64,000 bases of DNA from an uncultured Verrucomicrobiae bacterium (GTDB lineage: Bacteria > Verrucomicrobiota > Verrucomicrobiia > Chthoniobacterales > UBA10450): the NCBI GenBank assembly GCA_963735805.1, contig CAVTMK010000004.1, positions 96,001-160,000 of the forward strand, given 5' to 3'. Each line of letters begins with the position of its first letter. The first letter of the stretch is position 1. The notes beneath the pieces are model-generated. The model did no database searches. It saw nothing but the letters and a program-made list of their open reading frames with translations, and had not been told where the DNA came from. This document shows, one piece after another, positions 10,957-20,234 of the stretch. The translations under genes and the position numbers were made by a program.

Positions 10957-12069
10957 ATGAAATCCGCGACGGAGGTCGTCGTCACGGATTTAGATTTGTT
11001 GTCGCATCAGTTGGAAGCGGAGTTTGAGCGGTTGTCCGGTCGGAGCGTGCTCGTCGCGGGCGGTGCCGGCTTCCTCGGCTACTATCTTGTCCAAGGCGCC
11101 CTTTATTGGAACCATACCCATAGTGCTCAACCGCCCATCCAGGTCATCGTCCTCGACAACTTCATGCGCGGTGTGCCCCGTTGGTTGATGGGACTGGAGC
11201 AGGACCCGAATCTTCGCCTGCTGAAACATGATATCACTCAACCGCTGCCGGCAGCGATAGGCGACGTTGAATACCTGATCCACGCTGCTTCGATCGCCTC
11301 CCCGACTTACTACCGTAAGTTTCCGATCGAAACGATGGACGCCAACATCAACGGTCTGCGCTTCCTATTGGATTACAGCCTGGCGCAGAAACACAGGGGC
11401 AAGCCGGTCGAAGGAGTCCTGTTCTATTCCAGCAGCGAGATTTACGGTGATCCCACCCAGGACAGCATCCCGACGCCGGAATCCTATCGTGGTTACGTCT
11501 CCTGCACCGGGCCGCGCGCCTGTTACGACGAGTCAAAACGGTATGGTGAAACCCTTTGCGTTAACTTCGCACGTCAGTATGGCCTGCCCATCAAGGTGGC
11601 TCGGCCCTTCAACAACTACGGTCCCGGCCTGAAAATCACCGACGGCAGAGTCATCTCCGATTTCGCTCGGAACATTCTTGGTGGGGAGGACATTGTGATG
11701 TTCTCGGACGGCTCGGCCAGACGGACTTTCTGCTACGTCGCGGATGCCGTGGCGGGTTATTACAAGATCCTGGTCAAGGGAAGGTCGGGGGAAGCGTATA
11801 ACGTCGGCGTGGAGACGCCCGAGGTCAGCATGGCGGAATTGGCCGAGCGGGTCGCAGCGCTGGGCCGGGAATTGTTTGGCTACACTGGCAAGGTCGTCCG
11901 GCAGCAAAGCGCGGACAAGGATTATCTCGTGGACAACCCGAACCGGCGTTGTCCGGTGATTACGAAGGCGAGAACGGAACTCGGTTACGATCCGCAGGTG
12001 ACCATTGACGAAGGCTTGCGACGCTCCCTCATCTGGTACTCGGGCAATCGCGAGGCATCGGAGGCTTAA
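10957..12069 (+). CDS. NAD-dependent epimerase/dehydratase (UDP-glucuronate decarboxylase-like)
   Basis: GGAGFLG, HAASIASP, SSSEIYG, GPRACYDESKR (YxxxK). Confidence 0.9.
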   Translation: MKSATEVVVTDLDLLSHQLEAEFERLSGRSVLVAGGAGFLGYYLVQGALYWNHTHSAQPPIQVIVLDNFMRGVPRWLMGLEQDPNLRLLKHDITQPLPAAIGDVEYLIHAASIASPTYYRKFPIETMDANINGLRFLLDYSLAQKHRGKPVEGVLFYSSSEIYGDPTQDSIPTPESYRGYVSCTGPRACYDESKRYGETLCVNFARQYGLPIKVARPFNNYGPGLKITDGRVISDFARNILGGEDIVMFSDGSARRTFCYVADAVAGYYKILVKGRSGEAYNVGVETPEVSMAELAERVAALGRELFGYTGKVVRQQSADKDYLVDNPNRRCPVITKARTELGYDPQVTIDEGLRRSLIWYSGNREASEA

Positions 12070-13397
12070 TGAAGGTCTCGATTATCGGAACCGGCTACGT
12101 GGGCCTGGTCACGGGTGCTTGTCTGGCGGAGAAGGGCCACCATGTGACGTGCGTTGATATTAATCCTGAACGCGTGGCAACACTCAACCGCGCGCAATCG
12201 CCTATCTTTGAAGCCGGCCTCGATGAATTGCTGCGCAAGCACGTTGGACGCACGCTGAAGGCCACCACAGATCTTGCAGCTGCAGTCTCGGATTCGGAAC
12301 TTACTCTCATCGCTGTCGGGACGCCGTTCGATGGTCAGACGATTGACCTGGCCGCTGTGATGGCTGCATCACGGCAGATTGGTTCAACGTTGCGGAACAA
12401 GACCGCTTATCATGTTGTGGTAGTGAAGAGCACCGTTGTCCCCGGGACCACCGACCTGCACGTGATTCCCGCTCTTGAAGCCGCTGCCGGCAAACGGGCC
12501 GGGGTGGATTTTGGTGTGGGCATGAACCCCGAATTCCTATCCCAAGGCGAAGCCGTGCGCGACTTCATGTTTCCTGACCGCATTGTGTTGGGCGGGAACG
12601 ACGCACGGACCCTCGACACCCTTGAGGAACTGTACCGGCCTTTTGCCGCGGCTCCCCGCATCCGTACCAACACGCGCACCGCCGAACTGATCAAGTACGC
12701 CTCAAACGCCCTCCTGGCGAACCTCATATCGTTCTCGAACGAGATCGCGAACCTTTGTTCTGTCCAAGGAGGAATCGATGTCATGGAAGTCATGAGGGGA
12801 GTCCAGTTGAGTCAGTACTTTGGCAACCACAAAACTGAGAGCTTGCCCCCCATCGTCTCTTTCTTGCGGGCTGGTTGCGGATTTGGCGGAAGTTGTCTCC
12901 CGAAAGATGTCAAGGCACTCATTGCTCACGGACAAAAGGCAGGTCTCCCGATGAGCCTCCTGGAGTCCGTGATCGAGGTCAATGAGGCGCAACCCCGGAG
13001 AGTAGTGGCTCTTTTGGAGAAGCATTGGGTGGATCTCATGGGAATCCGGGTGGCCGTCTTGGGATTAGCCTTCAAACCGGGAACTAACGATGTCCGGGAA
13101 AGTCCGGCTTTCCCCATCCTGCGCGAACTGATTAAGCGGGGTGCTGTGCTGAAAGCCTTCGATCCCGTTGCAATGGACGAGGCGCGCCGCGTTATCCGCG
13201 ACCCGGGCATCACTTACTGCGAGAGCCTGTCGGCAGCACTGCTCGATATCGATGCTCTTATAGTGGTTACCCCTTGGCCGGAGTTCCGTGAGGTTCCGGC
13301 GCTTCTGCGGGGCCGCCATCCCGCTCCAGTGTTCGTTGACGTACGACGTGCCTTTGAACGTGGAAGTGTGGAGCGCTACGAAGGCATCGGTTTGTAG
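12069..13397 (+). CDS. ugd: UDP-glucose/GDP-mannose 6-dehydrogenase
   Basis: GTGYVG, KSTVVPG, NPEFL, GFGGSCLPKD, LAFKPGTNDVRES. Confidence 0.92.
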   Translation: MKVSIIGTGYVGLVTGACLAEKGHHVTCVDINPERVATLNRAQSPIFEAGLDELLRKHVGRTLKATTDLAAAVSDSELTLIAVGTPFDGQTIDLAAVMAASRQIGSTLRNKTAYHVVVVKSTVVPGTTDLHVIPALEAAAGKRAGVDFGVGMNPEFLSQGEAVRDFMFPDRIVLGGNDARTLDTLEELYRPFAAAPRIRTNTRTAELIKYASNALLANLISFSNEIANLCSVQGGIDVMEVMRGVQLSQYFGNHKTESLPPIVSFLRAGCGFGGSCLPKDVKALIAHGQKAGLPMSLLESVIEVNEAQPRRVVALLEKHWVDLMGIRVAVLGLAFKPGTNDVRESPAFPILRELIKRGAVLKAFDPVAMDEARRVIRDPGITYCESLSAALLDIDALIVVTPWPEFREVPALLRGRHPAPVFVDVRRAFERGSVERYEGIGL

Positions 13398-13405
13398 GAT
13401 CTACT

Positions 13406-13936
13406 TTGGAATTCATCGAAACAGCACTTAAAGGAGCTTTCCTGATCCGGCAGAAAAAGATCGAGGATCACAGGGGCTATTTCGCGCGTGCTTGGTGCCG
13501 CGAAGAGTTCATCCAGCACGGTTTGAATCCCAATATGCTGCAGCTCAACACCGCCTTCAATTTTCAGCGAGGCACGGTTCGCGGTATGCACTACCAGGAA
13601 AAGCCCCATGAGGAAGCCAAGCTCATCCGCTGCACCCGCGGCGCCATCTACGACGTAATCATCGACTTGCGCCCTGAATCGCCGACCGTGGGCCAATGGC
13701 ACGGAGAGGAGCTTACCAGCAGCAATGGTACAATGCTTTACGCCCCTGAAGGATTCGCTCATGGCTACCAAACCTTTCTCGACGACACGGAAATGTGTTA
13801 CATGACATCCGCCCTTTACGCTCCCGAGGCGGCACGAGGCGTGCGTTATGACGCTGTGGCTTTCGGCATTCTCTGGCCACTTCCGGTCACGGCGATATCG
13901 GAGCAGGATCGGAACTGGCCGGATAACTGGCGATGA
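13406..13936 (+). CDS. rfbC: dTDP-4-dehydrorhamnose 3,5-epimerase family
   Basis: DHRGYF, RGMHYQ, KLIRCTRGAIYDVIIDLR, GFAHGY. Confidence 0.9.
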   Translation: MEFIETALKGAFLIRQKKIEDHRGYFARAWCREEFIQHGLNPNMLQLNTAFNFQRGTVRGMHYQEKPHEEAKLIRCTRGAIYDVIIDLRPESPTVGQWHGEELTSSNGTMLYAPEGFAHGYQTFLDDTEMCYMTSALYAPEAARGVRYDAVAFGILWPLPVTAISEQDRNWPDNWR

Positions 13937-13985
13937 GCCCAAAGGCATCTGGCATTGTAATTCAACCGCAGCGTAAAAAGTTCTT

Positions 13986-15302
13986 ATGATTAACGCAGTG
14001 GACACTGTCTTAGCCCAGCGCGAGAGCGACGGCAATCCGGTGCGTGTAGCACTGGTCGGGGCTGGCGTCACAGCACGAATGATTGCGCTTCAGTTGGCTA
14101 CCCCCATCCCCGGTATGCGTTTGGTGGCGATCGCCAACCGTACGGTCGAAAAGGCGACTCAGGCTTTTTCCAATGCCGGCGTTCCGGATGCTGAGGTTGT
14201 ATTAGACCTCGGCAGGCTTGAAGAAAATGTTGATAAAGGCCGGCCTTCTGTCGTGGAGGAATCAAACCTCGTTTGTCAGGCTGGCAATATCGACGTCGTC
14301 GTCGAGGTTACCGGTACCGTTGAGTTTGGCGCTCACGTCGTCTCAGCCGCCATCCGTCACCGCAAGCACGTCGTCCTGGTCAATGCCGAGCTCGATTCAA
14401 CGGTTGGTCCGATACTCAAATTCCACGCTGAACGGACTGGCGTCGTGCTGACAAATACCGACGGAGACGAACCGGGGGTGGCGATGACGCTGCTGCGGTA
14501 TCTACGCAGCGTGGGTTTGAAGCCTGTGGCTGCCGGGAATCTCAAGGGGATGATCGATAGGTACCGGACCCCGGAAACACAGCGCGAGTTTGCCACCAAG
14601 TACAATCAGGACGCCGCGAAGGTCACCTCCTTCGCTGACGGGACGAAACTCTCGATGGAGACCTGTATTCTGGCGAACGCCACCGGGTTTAAAGTCGGAC
14701 AGCGAGGCATGTATGGTCCCAAGTGCGCCCACGTCCGAGAGATGTCGAAACTGTTGCCGTTGGATCAACTGCTAGCCGATGGCTTGGTTGACTATGCATT
14801 GGGGGCGGAACCTCACACCGGAGCCTTTGTGATTGTGCACGAGGACCATCCGCGCAAACAGAAAGAGTTGGCTTATTACAAATTGGGAGATGGACCCTGC
14901 TACGTTTTCTACACTCCTTACCATCTGCCGCACATCCAGATCGCCTCAACCATCGCCCGCGCTGCCTTGTTTGGCGATCCCACGGTGACTCCGCGCGGCG
15001 GGCCAATTTGCGAAGTGATTACAATTGCCAAGCGCAACCTCCAGGTTGGCGAAGTGCTGGATGGAGTCGGCGGATTCATGGCCTACGGCGTGATCGAGAA
15101 TGCGCCGATCAGCGCAAAGCAGAATCTCCTGCCCATGGGTGTTTCTGAAGGGTGCCGGCTGCTTCGAAATATACCCAAAGACCAACCAATTACGTATGCG
15201 GACATTGAACTGCCGCCGAGCCGCTTGTGCGATCAGTTGCGCGCCCAACAAGATCGCCATTTTGGCGGCGAGACCCCGCTGGAGGAAACGATCAAAGAGT
15301 AA
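13986..15302 (+). CDS. Homoserine-dehydrogenase-like NAD(P) oxidoreductase with C-terminal SAF domain
   Basis: VALVGAG, GDEPGV, SFADGTKLSME, PYHL, AKRNLQVGEVLDGVGG (SAF). Confidence 0.8.
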   Translation: MINAVDTVLAQRESDGNPVRVALVGAGVTARMIALQLATPIPGMRLVAIANRTVEKATQAFSNAGVPDAEVVLDLGRLEENVDKGRPSVVEESNLVCQAGNIDVVVEVTGTVEFGAHVVSAAIRHRKHVVLVNAELDSTVGPILKFHAERTGVVLTNTDGDEPGVAMTLLRYLRSVGLKPVAAGNLKGMIDRYRTPETQREFATKYNQDAAKVTSFADGTKLSMETCILANATGFKVGQRGMYGPKCAHVREMSKLLPLDQLLADGLVDYALGAEPHTGAFVIVHEDHPRKQKELAYYKLGDGPCYVFYTPYHLPHIQIASTIARAALFGDPTVTPRGGPICEVITIAKRNLQVGEVLDGVGGFMAYGVIENAPISAKQNLLPMGVSEGCRLLRNIPKDQPITYADIELPPSRLCDQLRAQQDRHFGGETPLEETIKE

Positions 15303-15361
15303 CAGCTGCGCAGCGGCTTGTTTTTAAGGAACTCAATGCTTCAAAAACCGGAGAAGACATC

Positions 15362-16156
15362 GTGAAGGTGGTTTTATTTTGCGGGGGTTTGGGCATGCGT
15401 ATGCGCGAATATTCCGAAGCTTTGCCCAAACCGATGGTGCCGATTGGGTATCGTCCCATTCTTTGGCATGTAATGAAATATTACGCCCACTACGGACACA
15501 AAGACTTTATTTTGTGTTTGGGTTATAAGGCCGATGTCATAAAGAAATATTTCCTTGAATATGACGAGTGCGTGTCAAATGACTTTGTCCTCTCCCGCGG
15601 GGGCAAGAATGTTGAATTACTGAGTAGCGACATCGATGACTGGAACATTACGTTTGTCGATACTGGACTTACGTCGAACGTTGGTCAGCGTCTGAAAGCT
15701 GTGCAAAGACAACTTGAAGGAGAAGAGATGTTCCTTGCCAACTACACTGATGGCCTTTCGGACGTGCCACTTCCTGCAGTCATCGAATCTCTCAAGAATA
15801 GCGGGAATGTAGCCTGCTTTGTAGGTGTGAAGCCGCGGGCCACCTTCCATCTTATCACCATGGAGTCCGGTGGTGTCGTCACGAGCATCGAACACGTCGC
15901 GAAGTCCGGAACACGGATGAATGGTGGGTTCATGGCGTTGCGGCAGGAGATCTTCAGTTACATGAAGGACGGCGAAGAACTTGTCGAAGAGCCGTTCAAT
16001 CGGCTGATCGGCGCCGGCCGGTTGATGGTCTATCCACATGACGGCTATTGGGCCTGCATGGATACTTTTAAAGAAAAGCAGGACCTTGAAGACCTCTTCA
16101 GCCGGGGCAGTGCTCCCTGGGCAGTCTGGAATCATCAACACGAAATCAAGAAATGA
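15362..16156 (+). CDS. rfbF: Glucose-1-phosphate cytidylyltransferase-like sugar nucleotidyltransferase
   Basis: GGLGMRMRE...PKPMVPIG, MNGGF, HDGYWACMDT; GTG start. Confidence 0.85.
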   Translation: MKVVLFCGGLGMRMREYSEALPKPMVPIGYRPILWHVMKYYAHYGHKDFILCLGYKADVIKKYFLEYDECVSNDFVLSRGGKNVELLSSDIDDWNITFVDTGLTSNVGQRLKAVQRQLEGEEMFLANYTDGLSDVPLPAVIESLKNSGNVACFVGVKPRATFHLITMESGGVVTSIEHVAKSGTRMNGGFMALRQEIFSYMKDGEELVEEPFNRLIGAGRLMVYPHDGYWACMDTFKEKQDLEDLFSRGSAPWAVWNHQHEIKK

Positions 16157-16806
16157 TTTCGTGCAGTCTGAATCGCGTGAAGCGCGTGCTGTGCGTGGGC
16201 GCGCACAGCGACGACATCGAGATCGGTTGCGGTGGCACGGTGTTGCAAATGATCGAGCAGTCGAAGAGTCTCGAGTTTTATTGGCTCGTTCTATGTGCCA
16301 ACCCGGAACGGACCATCGAAGCCAGACGCAGCGCCAACGCATTCCTGGTGCGAGCGCGCAAGAAAACTATCGTCGTAAAACCTTTTCGAGACGGATTCCT
16401 TCCCTACCTCGGTTCGCCGGTCAAGCAATGCTTCGAAGAACTCAAGAAAGTCTTCACGCCGGATGTAATCTTCACGCATTGCAGACACGATCTTCACCAA
16501 GACCATCGTCTGGTGTGCGAGTTGACTTGGAACACTTTTCGCGACCACTTCATCCTCGAATACGAGGTCCCAAAATACGACGCTGATCTGCGCTCCCCTA
16601 ACTTCTTTGTGCCGTTAAGCGACGTTCAGGCGCGCAAAAAAGTCAACAACCTGATGCGCTACTTTACTACGCAGCGGAACAAGCGCTGGTTTTGCGAGGA
16701 ATTATTTTATGGACTGATGCGGCTGCGATCCACCGAGGCTGCCTCACCCACGCGTTATTCGGAAGCTTTCTACTGTCGCAAGGCCCTCCTCGCAACAACG
16801 AATTGA
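16153..16806 (+). CDS. PIG-L/LmbE family deacetylase
   Basis: AHSDDIEIGCGG and HQDH motifs. Confidence 0.9.
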   Translation: MISCSLNRVKRVLCVGAHSDDIEIGCGGTVLQMIEQSKSLEFYWLVLCANPERTIEARRSANAFLVRARKKTIVVKPFRDGFLPYLGSPVKQCFEELKKVFTPDVIFTHCRHDLHQDHRLVCELTWNTFRDHFILEYEVPKYDADLRSPNFFVPLSDVQARKKVNNLMRYFTTQRNKRWFCEELFYGLMRLRSTEAASPTRYSEAFYCRKALLATTN

Positions 16807-16948
16807 GATACGTGGCAGACGCGCGATGCATTCGCCGCCTGGACACGCCTGCAAAGAATTCAACGCCTTTGGGACGGTAAACCTCTTCTCGTCGATCCCG
16901 TCGCATTTATCTTGCCAATCACCAAATTTGTAGGGTAAACGACGTTGC

Positions 16949-17614
16949 ATGACACAGGATAGCGGAAAAATGCCGTACGATCGACAATTGCCCGGCACGA
17001 ACATAGTTTGTCGCAGCCATAAGCCGAACGGATGCTCTTGCCTGTTCGCCTTTCTGGTTTCTGCCGCGCTCATGTTCGGCTGCCAGACCCCTCTGCCGCC
17101 TTTGCCAAATCCACCGGGTCCTTATACAGCCGTGAGGCTTTCTCCAGGAGACGTGCTCAAGTTTTCCTTTGCCGAAGAGAGCGATTTGGATCAAACGCAA
17201 AAAATTCGCAGGGACGGAAAGATAAGCCTACCATACCTCGGCGAAGTGACGGCAGCCGGGAGGAGGGTTATCGATCTCCAACATGAGCTAACCCGTCGCT
17301 ACGACGAGTATCTTGATAACCCCGAGGTGCTGGTCACATTGGAGAACAGTGCGGGAACCGTGATCGTGTCAGGATTTGCCAATAAACCAGGAGCAATCCA
17401 GTTTGATCGTCCCATGACTGTGTATCAGGCGATCATGGAAGCGGGAGGTGTAAGTGACTATGGTAGCGCGAGCAATATTCATCTGACTCGTATCATCGAC
17501 GGAGTCCAGCGCACTGAGAGAATTAATCTTCGGCCGAATATTCACGGCGAGCCTATCTACCCGAAATATGTACAGGACGGAGATGTGATCTACATTTCGC
17601 GCAGTTTGTTTTGA
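16949..17614 (+). CDS. Polysaccharide export lipoprotein (Wza/Poly_export + SLBB)
   Basis: Lipobox LMFGC; LSPGDVL, DGKISLPYLG, QAIMEAGG, DGDVIYI. Confidence 0.85.
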   Translation: MTQDSGKMPYDRQLPGTNIVCRSHKPNGCSCLFAFLVSAALMFGCQTPLPPLPNPPGPYTAVRLSPGDVLKFSFAEESDLDQTQKIRRDGKISLPYLGEVTAAGRRVIDLQHELTRRYDEYLDNPEVLVTLENSAGTVIVSGFANKPGAIQFDRPMTVYQAIMEAGGVSDYGSASNIHLTRIIDGVQRTERINLRPNIHGEPIYPKYVQDGDVIYISRSLF

Positions 17615-17646
17615 CCTTATGTGCCGGCAGGGCGCGACTTGCAAAC

Positions 17647-18880
17647 ATGATTTTGCCATGTCGAATTCACCGGACTGGTAACCGCAAGCGCGTTGATTCG
17701 CCGTCGCTCGCACTCCTTTTCGCCGTCTTGCTGGCTCTACAACCAGGAAACACCCGCGGTCAAGACGCAGCGGGTTCGACATTCGAAGCGGCTGGTTTGG
17801 GATGGTTACCGGCTGTTCCAATTCAAATCACGGCCGGTGTGGACACGGGCTACGACGACAACGTTACGCTAAGCCTCAAGCGCCAAAAGCTCGTTGTTCG
17901 CCACAGAAAATGTTGTCCTCACTTACGTTCGTCCCGGGGAACGAACGGCATTTTCTTTGCTTGGTGTCGGACGCTTCACTCAGAATTTCGATGTGACGGG
18001 GCAGAACGAGAAAAGCGGAAACGTCACCATGGCGCTCTCGCATAACTTTTCGACACGACTTTCCTTCTACACCAGCATTTATGCTTCTTACCAGAACGAA
18101 CCCAATTTCCAATCCAACGTTGGTCCGGAGAACGTCCGCGCTAATTTCTTCGACACGGTTGACATTTTTTCGCTTACATATCGCTTGTCTACCCGATTTA
18201 CCTTGGTGACAAGCTACACGTTCGAGCGCGTCAAGTACGATCAGTCCTCGATCGGAGATTTTCAGAACCGGATCGACAGCACGTTCAACGAGAAGCTTGT
18301 GTTTAACTTGACCAGCCGCACGGGTCTTGTCGGCGAATATCGTTATGAAACGATTACTTACGACACCGCCCCGACCGACTCCACGACTCATTTCCTTATC
18401 GCCGGGATCAATCATAATTTGACCGAGCACTTTATTGTTCACCTACGCGCCGGTGAATCTTTTCGCTCTCTCGAGAACGAGGGGGATTCGGCTCTCCCTT
18501 ACTTTGAAAGTTCGGTTGATTACGTGAGCAGCAACCATTCGCTGAACTGGGTGACGAGCTATGGGTACGAATCGCCCACAGCCGGAGGCACGACGACCAC
18601 AAAGACGTTGCGGACGGGCTTGAACCTGAATTACAATCTAACTTCGCGGCTCAGTGCAAATACTGGCGTCTATTATCATCATGATGAAAATCAGGGTGGC
18701 ACCGGAAACAGCTCCACAGGGACGCAAGATTCTTTGGATCTCAATCTCGGGCTTCGTTATACACTGAATAAGCATTTTACCTTGCACCTTGACTACAACC
18801 ATACCACGCAGGGTTCGATGGGATCGATCCCTGGTTACTCGCGGAATCGCTATTTCGCCGGAGTAACCTACACCTACTGA
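17647..18880 (+). CDS. EPS-associated outer-membrane beta-barrel protein (one +1 frameshift ~17875)
   Basis: N-part (signal peptide, GYDDNV) in ORF 17611; the remainder in ORF 17894 ends in the beta-signal YFAGVTYTY. Removing one C in aagcctcaag joins the frames. Confidence 0.7.
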
Positions 18881-18984
18881 AGACCGCAGACGGAAAGAGC
18901 GCGGCTACAAGGAGCTAGCCGGACAAAGATCGGTAATCATTCTCTGGCGTCAGCTCAGGAAACACCTTGAAAATACCTTCTTCA

Positions 18985-19938
18985 ATGGATCGAGCCGTTG
19001 CTCGCGAAAGCAGGATTCCAACACAGACAGGACGCGTATCGGGATCTACTCTCACGAAGAAAAAAAAGATGTGGCGGATTTGGGCAGGCGCCTGTTTTGC
19101 GATCGCATTGCTGGTGGTTTTTAGTCAGCCTCTCCTCGCGCTGATAAACTACGCTGCAGGGAGCGATCTGTATTCATATATTTTATTGATACCGTTCGTT
19201 TCTGCATACTTGCTTTACGTGAGGCGTAATCAATTGCCGAAGGATTACGTTGTCGATCTACCGCTTGCGATGGTGTTCCTCGCCGCCGGTGTCGGTTCCT
19301 TCGCGTTCACGTATTGGTTGCATTTCGGCGGACAGTCCTCAGCCAAAGCTGATTACCTCACTCTACAGACTCTGTCATTCTTGTGCTGCCTCGCGGCGGG
19401 AGGATTTTTCTTTTTTGGACGTGCCTGGATGCAAGCCGCCGCGTTTCCGTTGGCATACCTCATTTTCATGGTGCCGATGCCGGATTCCATGAGAGACGCG
19501 CTTGAGTTGGCTTCGAAATATGCGTCGGCCGAGGTAGCCAATCTTCTTTTCCGCTTGAGCAATGTGCCTTTTCTCCGGGCAGGCGCCGTGTTCCAACTGC
19601 CGAACATCACGATCGAGGTTGCGCAGGAATGCAGCGGTATTCGATCGAGCTGGGTGCTGTTGATGACCAGCATTCTTGCCGCCAATCTATTTCTGAAGAC
19701 GTCGTGGCGGCGCGTCGTGCTGGTTTTGTTTGTCATTCCCCTCGGCATTTTACGGAATGGCTTTCGCATCCTCGTGATTGGGCTCCTCTGCGTGAACGTC
19801 GGCCCGCAGATGATTCACAGCGTAATCCATCGCCGCGGGGGGCCCTTCTTTTTCGTAATTTCCCTGATTCCGTTCTTGCTGCTGTTGTGGTGGCTGCACA
19901 CGAGTGAGCGCCGAACTCGGTCGCTGAAATCACGCTGA
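18985..19938 (+). CDS. Exosortase (VPDSG-CTERM-specific, XrtC-like)
   Basis: Multi-TM; Cys-Arg-His triad motifs VAQECSGIRS, RNGFRI, IHRRGG; adjacent VPDGG-CTERM genes. Confidence 0.88.
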   Translation: MDRAVARESRIPTQTGRVSGSTLTKKKKMWRIWAGACFAIALLVVFSQPLLALINYAAGSDLYSYILLIPFVSAYLLYVRRNQLPKDYVVDLPLAMVFLAAGVGSFAFTYWLHFGGQSSAKADYLTLQTLSFLCCLAAGGFFFFGRAWMQAAAFPLAYLIFMVPMPDSMRDALELASKYASAEVANLLFRLSNVPFLRAGAVFQLPNITIEVAQECSGIRSSWVLLMTSILAANLFLKTSWRRVVLVLFVIPLGILRNGFRILVIGLLCVNVGPQMIHSVIHRRGGPFFFVISLIPFLLLLWWLHTSERRTRSLKSR

Positions 19939-20234
19939 CCTTCGTAGCGGATTTGAAATATCTGGCTTTTCTTTCCTTGTCTATCCTGCTTTCACGCTTC
20001 TTTTTTCGCTTTTAGCGAGTTTTTTGGGGAACTTAGCGCTCCTGTTTCCGGAGAAAAGGTTGGGAGGACCCGGCTCTCCGGCGTCTGATACGCCAGCTGG
20101 ACTCACCTTCGCTACGGCCCACACCTAGAGACCATTTTTGCCTAACGCATGAGATTCCGATTTAGTGATTGGCACGAAACGAGTGCCGTAACTGGAGCTG
20201 CAATCCGGTTGATCGTGTCGACTTGGAGATAATT

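Noticed and set aside
20169..20186. Sigma-54 promoter upstream of prsK (TGGCACG...)
   Set aside because: The -12 position reads GT rather than GC and no enhancer box is found about 100 bp upstream; the same applies to cggcacg near 16993
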